Of a DNA stretch of 64,000 nt, positions 22,047-35,148 are shown piece after piece (positions within the stretch are counted from its first letter, which is position 1; every line of letters begins with the position of its first letter). The translations under genes were made by a program, and so were the position numbers. This DNA comes from Nemertoderma westbladi (taxonomy: Eukaryota; Animalia; Xenacoelomorpha). Under the pieces are notes generated by a model. The model was not told where the DNA came from and ran no database searches. It saw nothing but the letters and a program-made list of their open reading frames with translations. Location of the stretch: assembly GCA_032718475.1 (NCBI GenBank), contig JAUCBJ010008811.1, positions 54,820-118,819 on the forward strand, read 5' to 3'.

Positions 22047-22193
22047 TGTGATGATGCGATTCTCCGCACTCTAGTATAAATTGTTATGTAATTATAATTG
22101 GATGTCCGGTGGTGTGGGGAGAAGAGGTGTGGGATTGATGTGATGATGCGATTCTCCGCACTCTAGTATAAATTGTTGTGTAATTATAATTGG
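22024..22193 (+). repeat. ~90-bp tandem duplication of the GTSF1-like stop/3' UTR
   Basis: TGGGGAGAAGAGGTGTGGGATTGA...TAATTATAATTGG occurs twice. Confidence 0.9.
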
Positions 22194-22486
22194 TGTATAA
22201 ATTGTATGTACGGTGCAGCCATGTATATTGTATTGTACAGTGTCTATTGTATTGTATATTTCATTTGCTGTAGTACAATTTATTCATCTCGCGTCCCTAT
22301 CTGATTGATTTGTGTCAAATTAAATTGCCTTTGGCAACATTATTTGATACAAATCGATTGATTAAACAATTAATTAATTGTTTAATCGACCAATTAATTA
22401 ATTGTTTAATTAATTAATGACCTACTTAACACCCAAGGTGCGAAGTAGGACCAAACTGTCGCCAAGAGTGGCAAACCATTACTACT

Positions 22487-23920
22487 AGAATCTCTACCTG
22501 ATTCTACTATTGATAATTCATTAATAAGTGCCTAAATAATCATCCTAACAATGGCGATGATCTGAGAACTCAAACTGATCCTGGGTACCGAGGTGGTTGT
22601 CTTTGTGTCTCTCAACCTCCCCTGTATAATTAACTCCTTAACTCTTTACAAAACAGAATCTCTACCTGATTCTACAATTGATAATTCATTAATAAGTGCC
22701 TAAATAATCCTCCTAACAATGGCGATGATCTGAGAACTCAAAATGATCCTGGGTACCGAGGAGGTTGTCTTTGTGACTCTCAACCTCCCCTGTATAATTA
22801 ACTCCTTAACTCTTTACAAAACAGAATCTCTACCTGATTCTACTATTGATAATTCATTAATAAGTTCCTAAATAATCATCCTAACAATGGCGATGATCTG
22901 AGAACTCAAACTGATCCAGGGTACCAAGGAGGTTGTCTTTGTGACTCTCAACCTCCCCTGTATAATTAACTCCTTAACTCTTTACAAAACAGAATCTCTA
23001 CCTGATTCTACAATTGATAATTCATTAATAAGTGCCTAAATAATCCTCCTAACAATGGCGATGATCTGAGAACTCAAACTGATCCTGGGTACCAAGGAGG
23101 TTGTCTTTGTGACTCTCAACCTCCCCTGTATAATTAACTCCTTAACTCTTTACAAAACAGAATCTCTACCTGATTCTACAATTGATAATTAATTAATAAG
23201 TGCCTAAATAATCCTCCTAACAATGGCGATGATCTGAGAACTCAAACTGATCCTGGGTACCGAGGAGGTTGTCTTTGTGTCTCTCAACCTCCCCTGTATA
23301 ATTAACTCCTTAACTCTTTACAAAACAGAATCTCTACCTGATTCTACAATTGATAATTCATTAATAAGTGCCTAAATAATCCGCCTAACAATGGCGATGA
23401 TCTGAGAACTCAAACTGATCCTGGGTAATGAGAAGGTTGTCTTTGTGTCTCTCAACCTCCCCTGTATAATTAACTCCTTAACTCTTTACAAAACAGAATC
23501 TCTACCTGATTCTACAATTGATAATTCATTAATAAGTGCCTAAATAATCCTCCTAACAATGGTGATGATCTGAGAACTCAAAATGATCCTGGGTACCGAG
23601 GAGGTTGTCTTTGTGTCTCTCAACCTCCCCTGTATAATTAACTCCTTAACTCTTTACAAAACAGAATCTCTACCTGATTCTACAATTGATAATTCATTAA
23701 TAAGTGCCTAAATAATCCTCCTAACAATGGCGATGATCTGAGAACTCAAACTGATCCTGGGTACTGAGGAGGTTGTCTTTGTGTCTCTCAACCTCCCCTG
23801 TATAATTAACTCCTTAACTCTTTACAAAACAGAATCTCTACCTGATTCTACAATTGATAATTCATTAATAAGTGACTAAATAATCCTCCTAACAATAGCG
23901 ATGATCTGAGAACTCAAACT
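22487..23920. repeat. 168-bp satellite, ~8.5 copies
   Basis: AGAATCTCTACCTG recurs at 22487, 22655, 22823, 22991 ... 23831; internal hairpin GGAGGTTG/CAACCTCC. Confidence 0.97.
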
Positions 23921-23933
23921 CCTCCGCAAACTC

Positions 23934-24012
23934 CTAGCCAGTGATACCGATTCTCTAATTCTAAGCGTTACCAATACACCACAGTTAACCTTTCTACGGG
24001 CAATGTTTGAGG
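23934..24012 (+). pseudogene. Short pPolB fragment around motif C
   Basis: Translates LASDTDSLILSVTNTPQLTFLRAMFE; nucleotide match to 34103-34182. Confidence 0.85.
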
Positions 24013-24241
24013 ATGCATTTGAAGTTGAACTTAGCGTCTACAAAGACAGCATTTCCGAATGGATATCGATACAAAGTTGAATCAGCGATTCAGAATATGA
24101 TTTACAGCTAACCAAGACAATTTAATGAATCCTTTACTATAGCTAACACGATTCAAGTGCGCGAAGCTCTAATCAGATTCAAGGCTGCGGCTATACAATT
24201 TGCTTTCAAACCAAAGCAGATTATGATTCACAATCACCAAC

Positions 24242-24730
24242 GTGGACTATATCTATAAGTTTCTTGTGATTAATCTTACCAACCCGCCCATCACCCACTG
24301 CTATCTCAGTCCTCACATCCATATCGAAAACAAACCAGCAGTAATTATATTCACCAATACGAAAAATACCATCACTATTACCCTAACCAATGACTTTACC
24401 ATCGCGCACATTTTCGATTTACTAAAACGCTCTCTCAGAGATCCTCACATCCATATCGAGAACAAACCCACAGAAATTATATTCACCAATACGAAAAATA
24501 CCATCACTATTACACTATCCAACGACTTTACCATCGCACGCCTTTTCGATTTACTAAAACGCTCTCTCAGAGAAGGCATCTTTCTCCCACAGCAAACACA
24601 CCTCAACCTATTTAACCCCCCAAGAAAAGATCTCAACAAGCTATTAAAGGGAAAATTAACACAAACGCCAATAGTGGACACTAAAAGGGTTAAACCGAAC
24701 ATTATTCTCGGAGGCCAACATCCCTATTAA
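24242..24730 (+). CDS. Unknown ORF with internal ~123-bp tandem duplication, probably Polinton-derived remnant
   Basis: HIHIENKP...LKRSLR twice; lies between the pPolB fragment and a Polinton TIR motif at 24961. Confidence 0.3.
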   Translation: MDYIYKFLVINLTNPPITHCYLSPHIHIENKPAVIIFTNTKNTITITLTNDFTIAHIFDLLKRSLRDPHIHIENKPTEIIFTNTKNTITITLSNDFTIARLFDLLKRSLREGIFLPQQTHLNLFNPPRKDLNKLLKGKLTQTPIVDTKRVKPNIILGGQHPY

Positions 24731-27700
24731 TATAAACAGTCTTATTTATTAAAAACTTTTCTGACTATATCTATTGCTGTTGTTGATGTTCTTATAATAT
24801 TTATTATTAATGTTGTAGGTAAATTATTTATTTGTTATCGTTATAAAATGTATTATTAATGCTATTGGTAAATTATTTATTCTTGTTTCCCTCTTATTGT
24901 TAAAAACAAAACGTTTAACCGCTTATTTTCATTTTTCTCTAATAGTTAATCTATACTATTGGTGCGAGCCATGAAGTAAGTGAGCCTTAGCATATCATTA
25001 ATGAACCTATTGTTCTATCATATTCAATTTGACTGTTAATGCTACAAAGCCTTTGACCTGAATGTTAGTACTACGGATAGATCAATGAGACATTAAACGG
25101 GGATTGATCACCGCTTCATTGAGAACATTCAAACCCATCGGTTGTAAAGTTTCCAACCGGCACTACAATTCTCCCTCTATATTTCTGAGTTTTTTGCTTC
25201 AGTTTTTGTTTGCAGAGATTGGAAGACAATCATTTGGAGTAATTCTGAAGTCTGCCTTGTAGGAATGACCAGAGTTAGTATAATGTCAATCGATGGCACT
25301 CGATGGTTTGTTATTAACTATCTTTGTCTTATACTTGACTATCCTAGGCTTTAATTCCTCTATTGAACCAATATTAGCATTGCAAGATAATTCATTCTTT
25401 ATATAAACCCTGGGGCTTTTGTCAGTTGTTGAGCTGACATATTTTAAAGATAATAATACTTTGCGGGGGTCACATGCCGTTCTGTCACATTTATGAACTC
25501 CTCGAAAATCACTAGATGATGTGCCCACACCACCAATGCAACCACAACCAGAACAAACACAACTGACACGCAGACTATGGAGAGCAGGCCGGAGCCTATT
25601 ACCCCATAACTTCAACATCTCAGAGATGAGTCTGAGGAAATAGAGTGGGACGAAGAAAGCTTTCAGCGGGAGCTCGCGATTCGGGAAATGAAGGAAGCGC
25701 GAGTGGAAGGCTTCCGGAGCTCAACTCAATGGTATGACCATTATCTTTATGAAGATTATATCCAGAATGAGTTAGCAGCAGCTGAGGAACAACGTTTCCT
25801 TTACCCTTTTCCCCAGGAAAACTGGGAGACCCCTGAAGACTTTAGAGAGGAACCCTGGTGTAAGTTATAATTAATACTAACATTCCTTTATAATATGATA
25901 TAATAAAATATGTGAAAGCAATATCCAGATTGAGCAGAAATTAATTATATAATGTCCACATTTTTTCATTAATAAATTAAAATAAAATTAACACTTGAAA
26001 AAATAAAAGTTTATAAAAATGCTGTTCGGTTAGGCCTGTACCTGTTACTAGTCCAGCAGTCTGCCTGTCAGCCTGTTCCAGTACTGCAGAAGGCCTAGTG
26101 CTGTAGAGACATGAACAGACAGACAGACTGTACATTGTACAGACAGACAGATGTAGGCATTTACCGGCAATTACCGGGCACAGTGTAGAGTATATTACCA
26201 ATGTACTGATGTAGGCCTACTCAGCTACCGGTACTGTACTGCTGTAGAACTAACCAACTCTCCATGGTTACAGGATAATGAGAAGTAATTTATTTTGGAG
26301 GATATGGAAAACCGCCATTTAATTTAAATATGTAATTGACATCTTACAGTTGTATGATTAAATCCGGTACTTTCCCAAGTGTGTTATTTTTTGGTGTAGA
26401 TTTTTTAATTACAGCTGTGTTCGCCTATGTTCCGCCTGTATTCTATTGTGTTCTGCTGTGTTCTATTGTGTTCTGCTGTGTTCTGTATAAAGATATATCC
26501 CTCCGCTCGCGACTGCAATGTTTATTTTATTATTAATGTTAGTGATATAACCAAAAGTAAAATCATTGAAAGAAATATATTCATTTGATACTAAATTAGC
26601 CAATTTCATATCAACCTAATGGACCATCAAGAGAATCCTGTAGTATTCATTATATTTAGGTATTTATTTATTTTTTTTTTTTCAAGAAATTATGTAATTA
26701 CTATTATGAAGCACTGAATTGAAACAGTATTTACCTGCTACCTGCACACTTACACTTTTAACCATCGATTTTGAATTTGAAAATCGCATCTCTCAATTAT
26801 GTTTATTTCATCATATTGGTGTAAATCATAAAAAGTTATAAACATTTTAAAAAATAATCAAAAATTAAATTTTTTATTAAAAACTAACACATGGAACCGT
26901 TTTCAATCCATATATGTTAGATAATTAACTCCAAGTGATCAACTTTTGCGCTAAAACAAAATTAGTAACAAAAATAAGTTTCCTGAAAAATGTATTTTTT
27001 TTTGTTTTTTTTTTACTTAGGTCTTTATGATATGACAGGGTTGATGTATATAAGTAGTATAGGTTTGCTCCTTTCTGCAACAGTTAGACCTAACTGACAC
27101 CCATTGGGTGTCATATGACACCCAATTATCACCCTATGGGTGTCATTGTGTGTCATTGGCGCCAGACTGTCTGGGTAACACCTCCTAATTAGGCTAATTA
27201 GATCCTAATGGATAGGTGGCATCAATTAATTAGTACAATTAAACCCTAATAGGTGTCTTACGACTCCTAATTAGGGTTTAATTGATTATCCTAATTAATC
27301 AGACTGATTAGCGCCCTGACACACAATGGGTCATCAGTGAGGTGTAACTGTCGCCGAGAGGAGCAAAGGGTGTCATAAGTGACACCGCGGCACTTTTATT
27401 TATTAATACCTATTTATTTATATTTAATTTTAATTAATTATTTGTATTTTATTTTACTTTATTTATTCGTATTTAATTTTAAATTAATTATTCATTTGTA
27501 CTTTATTTTAAATTAATAAATTGTATTAACTTTACTTTATACATTGATTTCCATTTTTAGATTAATTAGTTTTTATATTACCAATGAGATCACTATGACA
27601 TAATGTCTATATTTATCTTTATAATGGCTATGGTATACGGCTCCCTACTGGCAACTAATCGGCGGGCCCCCTCCTCTGCCGTCATTATTCATTAAGTAGA

Positions 27701-28109
27701 TACGACACGGTCTCTAATGCATTTAATCTACACGTATACCCCCAAGGCAAATATAAATCAGCGGTCCCGTCTGTTAGCAGCCCCTTTGATGACTCACTAA
27801 TAATCCCAACGCGAACGAACTTGACTATACCAAATCCGTATATCGCCCGAGGCTAATGTTCCAGCGGCCCTCATCCAACAAGCCACCTTTGTTCTCACTA
27901 TAGCCGGCATCACTTGGGTCCTTTCCTTGGGTCACTTGGGTCAATAGCTAGCCAAGCCATTGAACAAATTGGACAATTTTTCTAGAGTTTCCCGCACTCA
28001 ACCTGTAGCTGTATAAGCTGTAGGCCTGCCGACAATAAGACCAAGAAAGATACTGGTACTAGGCCTATACAGTTTTTATCCCTGAGTCAGACTACAGCCA
28101 GACAGCACA

Positions 28110-29207
28110 ATGTCCCCGCTCTTAATCTCCACAGTTTTCATCGTTCTGGGTCGTTTCGTTATGGCAGAACCATCCGATCCGCGGGGTAACCCTGCAACCC
28201 ACCCAATACCCGTATTGGACTGGTTTGCGGAACACCCTGTCGCTACCGTTTCGAACTGCCGCGCCGAATCGACGGAGATGTGGTCGACGAGTGGATTTAG
28301 CCTCTACTGCTCTCGTCGGGGAAGAAGATCTACGGTCTCCTCTCCACGATCTAGAGGCCTAATCGCTAAACTCCCGTCTCTGGCTGGGGATATTGAGACC
28401 AACCCAGGACCCAGCAGGATGCGGGCCCCGAAGATCAACTGTCCCGTCTGTCAACGAGGAACAAACTCTCGGAGTAAGATCGTCCAATGCGAGAGTTGTG
28501 ACACATTTGTACATTTAAAATGTTACCGTAGGAAATGCAGTAATTTATTCTCCACCAGAAACAATCTTGAACCAAGTTTTCTCTGCAATAGCTGTATTTT
28601 TACCGAACTTCCCTTTCATGATACAATTTTAGAATCAGAAACCGACGATTCATTTCTCACATCGCCTCTGCAAACTCCAAGTGATGCTGAGAGTGAAACT
28701 TTTAATTTTTTTAAGAAAAAAGGTCTGCATTTTTTGCACTTAAACGCACGATCTCTGCTTCCAAAACTTTCCGAAATTCGTATTTTAATCAATAAATCCA
28801 ACCCAGCAGTTTTAACAATCTCTGAAACTTGGCTCGATGATAGTGTTTCTGATGGAGAAATTTATATTGATAATTACGTAGTTTTACGTAAGGATAGGGA
28901 CAGACACGGTGGTGGTGTCTGTACTTACATTCGATGTGATTTAGCTTTTAATCGTAGGGAAGATTTAGAGACTTGTGACGAAGTTTTACTGGTGGAACTT
29001 TTACTTCCTAAAACTAAACCTATTTTAATCGGTACTTTATGTAACCAAGTAACATAAAGGACCCCCTTGGAAATAAGCTGCAAAGCTTTAGGGGTAATCC
29101 TATATGTTATGTTGGACAATACCTTTATACCGGTACATTGTTTGGTGTATTTGTTATTGTTTTTACATAATGTATAAATAAATCTATCTATCTATCTATC
29201 TATCTAT
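28110..29207 (+). mobile_element. Internally deleted CR1/L2-type LINE: 2A-like peptide, PHD finger, start of APE endonuclease, 3' end with (TCTA)n
   Basis: GDIETNPGP; C..C...VQCESC..FVHLKC...C..C; HLNARSL, ISETWL, RKDRDRHGGGVCTYI; AATAAA followed by a (TCTA)n tail at ~29180-29207. Confidence 0.88.
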
Positions 29208-30587
29208 TTTCCTATATCCAGGCATCCGGTATCATAACAATGAAGCGCCTCTAAACACGCATTCCTCTCTACTAATCCCATTCCTATGCAACAGACCTGC
29301 TTCTGTTATATACTCAACTCAACATAATTAGTCAAGATGCCTACAGGGGTTTTCTAATATAGAATCAACCTCACGAGAAGTTGCCCTGGTAACCGCTTAT
29401 GCATGAACTCACAATTAGCGAGCCATCCGATTGCTGCTGCGCCCTGATTGGCTCATTTAAGAGATAACGGCCTCCCTTAATAACCGAATTGCTATTTAAT
29501 AAGTCCCCACCAAGATATTACGTCATTATTTCATTTGCAAGTTACGATTAACATCATTTACCATTATTTTGTTTTCGAGTTTATTATTATTTATTAAGAA
29601 TATTTAATTATTATCATCAGTCAACAATCCAGTTGTACAGTTGTATTATTGTCATTTCGCCGCGTTAACGCCCATCATCGTCAACGAACTTTCCGCGAAT
29701 CCATCATACAACCGCGTAATATTTTCCAACCTAATTTCCGATACCATTCCGTTCTATCGGTAAATAAACTCTCTCGTCGTCCATGTCAACCAACTTCTTC
29801 ATTGCCAACGAACTTCCAAACTTCATCTTTCCGTGAATATTAACTGCCACCGTAAGTAAAATCTGCCATCCACCATCTGACTATACTATCGATGCTGCTA
29901 GCAAACAATTTACATTTAATGTCTACCGGTACAACAGTATTGCAGTAGGCTCATTATTAATTACTGTCAGACTGTGGTGGTACCGATAGCCTAAACTGTG
30001 ATCGAAGCATTCGATCAATAGGCCTACATCTGCCTATCTGCTTGTCTACCTGACTACCGGTACCGGATCATTCGAGTTAGCCTAATGCCGTCGTAGTAGC
30101 GATATAGACCCTACTGAACAACAATGAATACTGCAGTTTTCACTATATATCCTACTGAGTAACTGAGATCTCACACAGCGATTAGCTAGGCCTATCGTTG
30201 ATTTGTAATGGTTAACGCTACCGGTACATCTGACTTCTGGCAGACTATATCACTAGCCATACTGCACTGACTGACTGTTGACTGATGTTTATAGACCCTC
30301 TTTCCACGAATAATAACTGCCATCGCTATTGTGTCTTGGTAATCGCCACTATCTAACCGCTGGTACACTAGCACTACTGCACTAGACACTGCCGACTGTC
30401 TGCTTTATGTTTCATAGGCGCGGAGGCAACTACTGACTGATTGTTACAATACAGCAATAGGCCTAACTGTACAAATACAGTATTGTTGCCTAGTAAACAA
30501 TTAATACCTACTGTTTTACTTTATTTTTAGCAAGTATACAATATTTTTATTTTTACAAATAATCAACTTATTTTTTCTAGATTCAAG

Positions 30588-33500
30588 ATGCCTATGTCCA
30601 CAAATAAAGTCAGCTGCCCCATCTGCGACAAAGAGATGCAATAATCTAAAATCCCATATTAAAATTCATTTCGCGCAATATAGATGCGACTGTTGCCCGA
30701 CTTGGTCCTCGGAAAAGAAGACGTTGGTTGGTCATCTGGTTTCATGTCCTCAGGGGGGAACAGGATTTACTTACGTAAATGAGCCAGCCGAATGCCGCTG
30801 CGGGGAATCGCTCACTCTATCATCCTTCACTGAGCATGAATGCTACACTCGTATTTTTTCACGGAAACGCAAAACTCCATCTACCTCCCACTCATCCCCC
30901 ATCAACTCTACTCCAAAACAAGTCGGCCGTGGCGGCTCCAATAGCAAAACATCAACTTCGCGAGATTATAACTCTATTTCGCCAAACAATCCCTTTCAAT
31001 CTCCCTCCAACGGAAGCGCACACGGACAACTGTTTACTTATAATAATGAGCTCGCCGAAACAAGACTCGACGTTGAATTAACTTTAAATGAAAATTTTCC
31101 ACATATCCAAGAACACGTTAGTAGCCATTTACATAGTGCTTTGGGAACTTTTTTAAGAGTCTGGCTAACTATCAATATCATAATGGAGCACGAAACCAGC
31201 GAGGGTTTTCAAATTGAATCATTCTGTTTTAAATCTAGCAGTAACAATAATCAAATTCTAAATAATAGCGACTTTAATAACTGGTTTTCTGGCGCCGACA
31301 ATCGTATTGATCAGCTATTAAGTGTGTTTCTCTGCCTCGGCTCGGGTTGGCGCATAATAGCTTTCGAGCGAATAACTATTGAGATTGCGCGTTCCCAACG
31401 CAACCCCTATTTAAAGGGTCATGGCTTCAATAAATCTAAAATATTATTAAATAAACATTGTACTGTAAGCATAGACTGCCCGCTGGGGGAATGCTTTAAA
31501 TACGCAGTATTGATCACCGCGAATTATAAGAAAATTGATAGAAAAAAAAATAATATTAGTAGAATTTCAACGTATACTCCTTTCCTAAATATGTTTGATT
31601 TTTCCAATTTAAGTTTTCCGGTGGACAGAGTAACTGGTATTCCCCAGTTTCTGAAAGCAAACCCTGTATACTGTATAAACCTTTTATATTGGAGTAATAC
31701 AGAAGAACTCTCCATTCTAAGTCAACCAGATAGCGCGCACTGTTCCGGTAAAACTGTACTAAATTTATTATTTATCAAAGCCACAAGCAAAAACCCCGCC
31801 CACTACATAGCTATTACTAGCATAGATGGATTAATAAATTCAAAAGATTCTGACGGTAACAAGACGCACTGCGAGCGCTGTCTCAGAGGCTTTTACACTG
31901 ACAAATCGCTGGAAGAACATCGAGAGCGCTGCTATACAGGTAAACGCCAACTCGAGTATATGCCCGAAAATCTCTTGGTTAAATTTGACCGGTACGATAA
32001 GACTCTATCCCCACCTTTCTGTATATACGCCGACATTGAAACTATTCTAGAACCTACAAACAATAATAAACTCCCACAGAAACATATAGCTAGCGTGGCA
32101 GCCTTTTATACAGTACCAAATCAGAAATTAATTAACCCTTTTTAAGCCATTTTCCATGACGATGGCAGTAACCATGTAATGCGCGACTTTCTAACCGCTA
32201 TGGAAAGTCATTGTAAGGAGTTATACGATTGGTCCATTTCTAGTACAAACATGCACGCCCCAATGCAACTCACTACTAGCCAACAAAGTAACTTTAATAA
32301 CGCTACACAATGCTACGTCTGCAACTGTAATTTAACCCCCGATTCTTATCATTTAAGCCTCAATGACAATCTCAGCACCAAAGTCCGCGATCACGACCAT
32401 TATAGCGGGGAGTATCGAGGGGCTTCTTGCGTCAGCTGCAACAGGAAACTTTCACTAAAACGGAATAATTTTTATATTATATTTCATAACTTGAGGAAAT
32501 TCGATATGCATTTACTGCTAAAAGAAGGAATGACCGATAGTTCTAGAACACACTGGAAAATGACCGTAATACCAAAAAACACCGAAACTTATATTCACCT
32601 TAAAGTTAGCTTTCCAATCGATCCGAGCACACTAACAGCCAACGCTAAAGAAAGTATCTCCATTAATTTTCTAGATTCCTATCAATTTATGACTGCCAGC
32701 CTAGATAATCTTAGTAGTTATCTCACTAAAAATAATAGTAACCTAGCAACAGCCATACCCCATACACTAGCTCAAATGACCCGACTCTATCCCAACATTA
32801 GCGATATTGCAATAAAAAACAAGGGCATATTCCCATATTCTTACATTCAAAATATTTCAAACCTACACAAAACTACACTCCCCCCAATAGAAAGCTTCTA
32901 TAATGATCTCAAATTGGAGCAATGTAGCGCAGACAACTATCAGCGCGCGCTTACTACTTGGGATGAATTAAACTGCGCAATAATCTTCGACTATATGATT
33001 AGCTATTTGGTTCTAGATGTTACCCTATTGGCTGATACTTTCGAGCAGTTCTGATCCCTCTGTCGTACTAATTATGGACTCGAACCCGTAATGTACTTCA
33101 CTGCCCCAGGTTTAACTTAACGACGCGGCGCTGAAATTCACGGAATCAGAAATTCATTTACTATCAGACGCTTCCATCTACTCAGACTTTGAAACAAATA
33201 TTAGGGGTGGTCTAGTATTCTTGAATACACATTCCGTAGATGCAAATATTCCCGATAAACCTGACTACGACTCCAGTCTCCCCGAGAAATATCTAATTCC
33301 CATCGATGCGAATAACCTTTACGGCTGCGCCCTGAGTCAGAAACTTCCCTACACTAATATTAAACTCGTAACTACCCCCATAGACCTAGCTACAGTAGAC
33401 ATGAGTGGGGACACTGGTTATTATTGCATCGTTGATCTACATTACCCGAAAGAAATTCACGATTTGACCACCGATCTGCCTCTAGGAGCGGAGAAGATGT

Positions 33501-34600
33501 CAGTCCCTAAATCCTTTCTTAGCGAATACATGGAAGATCTTTGGGAGCATTACAATCTCACTGATACGGCTACCTGTAAACCATACAACGATACCTGTAC
33601 TAAGATACTACTACATCAGTTTAATAAGGTTGAATACGGTATCCATATTAATCTACTTCAGCTCTATTTGAAGCTCGGTCTTAAACTTACACAAGTTCAC
33701 AGGGTCTACTCTTTCTCACAAAAATATATTTTCAAGGACTACATTAGTTTTAATACGAATAAAAGACAGTCGGCAAATAACCCATTTGAGGTCCTATTTT
33801 ATAAGATGATGAACAATGCCTTGTATGGGAAATGCCTCCAAAAGGTTAGAGACCACGTTTCTTTCAGGTCATGCAATAGCAATGAGCAATGCGATTTGCT
33901 CTTAGCTAAGCCCAACCATGAATCATTTGTTGTCTTTACCCCCAACTTGAGTGGTCATACTTTCACTAAAGAGGCTGTTTGCCTAAATCAGGGCGTGTTC
34001 ATCGGTTGCACTATACTAGATCTATCTAAGCTACAGATGTACGACCTATTTTACAACAAACTGAAGCCTCTAGAACAAAAACTGGGTTGCCAGATTCGCT
34101 GTCTAGCCGGTGATCTAGCCAGTGTCTAATGCTAAGCGTAACTAATACACCACAGCTAACCTTTCTACGGGCAATGTTTGAGGGTGGTTTCCTAGATACT
34201 TCCAACTACAGAACAACACATCCACTCTATACCATTAAACACAAAGCGGCTCTCGGCTTCGTAAAAGATGAGAGCTGCGGTTTGCAGTATAAACAGAGGG
34301 TTTTCCTTAAACCAAAGGTCTACAATTTTCAATCCTACGATGCCCCAATCAAGAAAACCGCCAAAGGTGTATCTAGATCGGTTGTCGCTAAGCAACTAAC
34401 ACACGAGGATTATGCAGACTGTTTTGAAAACGAAGCAATGCTCTTCCGCTATAACTCTACCTTCACTTCTAGAAAGCATCAAATTTTTACTGGTCATGTC
34501 TATAAGAAGGCACTAACGCTATGGGATACAGTAAGGTAGTAAATATAGCAACAAACCATACGGGCACTATAGCACTAAGCTTGTTAGACCGGCGAAACGA
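30588..34600 (+). pseudogene. Protein-primed DNA polymerase B of Polinton C, multiple stops and frameshifts
   Basis: YADIE, RDHDHYSGEYRG..C..CN, KGIFPYSY, IDANNLYG, K.MNNALYGK, KPKVY, AKGV; motif C disrupted. Confidence 0.95.
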
Positions 34601-34649
34601 GTAGTAATCCCCCCTACTAGGATTTAATTTTATTTTTTAGAATAAGAAA

Positions 34650-35055
34650 TTGAGCAACAAAATAGAATTAACCAATAAACAGTTTACCGGAAAAAAACAT
34701 TGCCAAATTTGAACTAGAGAAAATTTCACAGCAAATTACAGGTCAAAGTTTCTTAAAACCAAACATGTTTATCTACAAAGGTGACGATTCAACTATAATG
34801 CTATTTCCCAGCGGCGCAGTAACAATTGTTGGCCTATGCAATAATTTAGCTAGTGAATTGCTTTATTTAAAACAAACTATGCAATTACAAAATTTGAAAC
34901 TTAATACCGAAACACGAACTATTATTTTTCCAAGTGTTAATTTTAAATTATTAATGAAAAAATGTGGACATCATACAATTAATAATAAAGCAATATTTAT
35001 TAGCTATACCCCCGAATTATTTTGCGCGATTAGAATATATATAGGATGTGTATAA
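34650..35055 (+). pseudogene. TBP-like gene of Polinton C, truncated
   Basis: TIMLFPSGAVTIVG and ISYTPELF; same position after pPolB as 12477-13037. Confidence 0.7.
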
Positions 35056-35148
35056 TAAAGATCTCGTATAGTACAAAGTAAGCGAAGCCGCACCGCCGGT
35101 GGAATTAGGAAAATTCTCTTAAACTTTTAATGATACGCACACGCTGAG

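Larger units (their letters stand above)
3270..22486 (-). mobile_element. Polinton A arm (interrupted by Polinton B): pPolB start and 5' leader at left, GTSF1-like gene and terminus at right
   Basis: 3272-3395 is an inverted close copy of the pPolB leader and ATG at 921-1045. The flanks of B rejoin via the CGCATG TSD. The arm ends in ...ACCATTACTACT (22486), matching B's terminus ...ACCATACTACT. Confidence 0.7.

Noticed and set aside
22487-23920. CRISPR-like array (hairpin-containing repeats)
   Set aside because: Units are fully repeated with no unique spacers; eukaryotic context; no cas genes. The same applies to 1-775.
25286-25870. Short ORFs, including an acidic Trp-containing frame
   Set aside because: In-frame stop near 25607 and no recognisable homology; cannot support a call.
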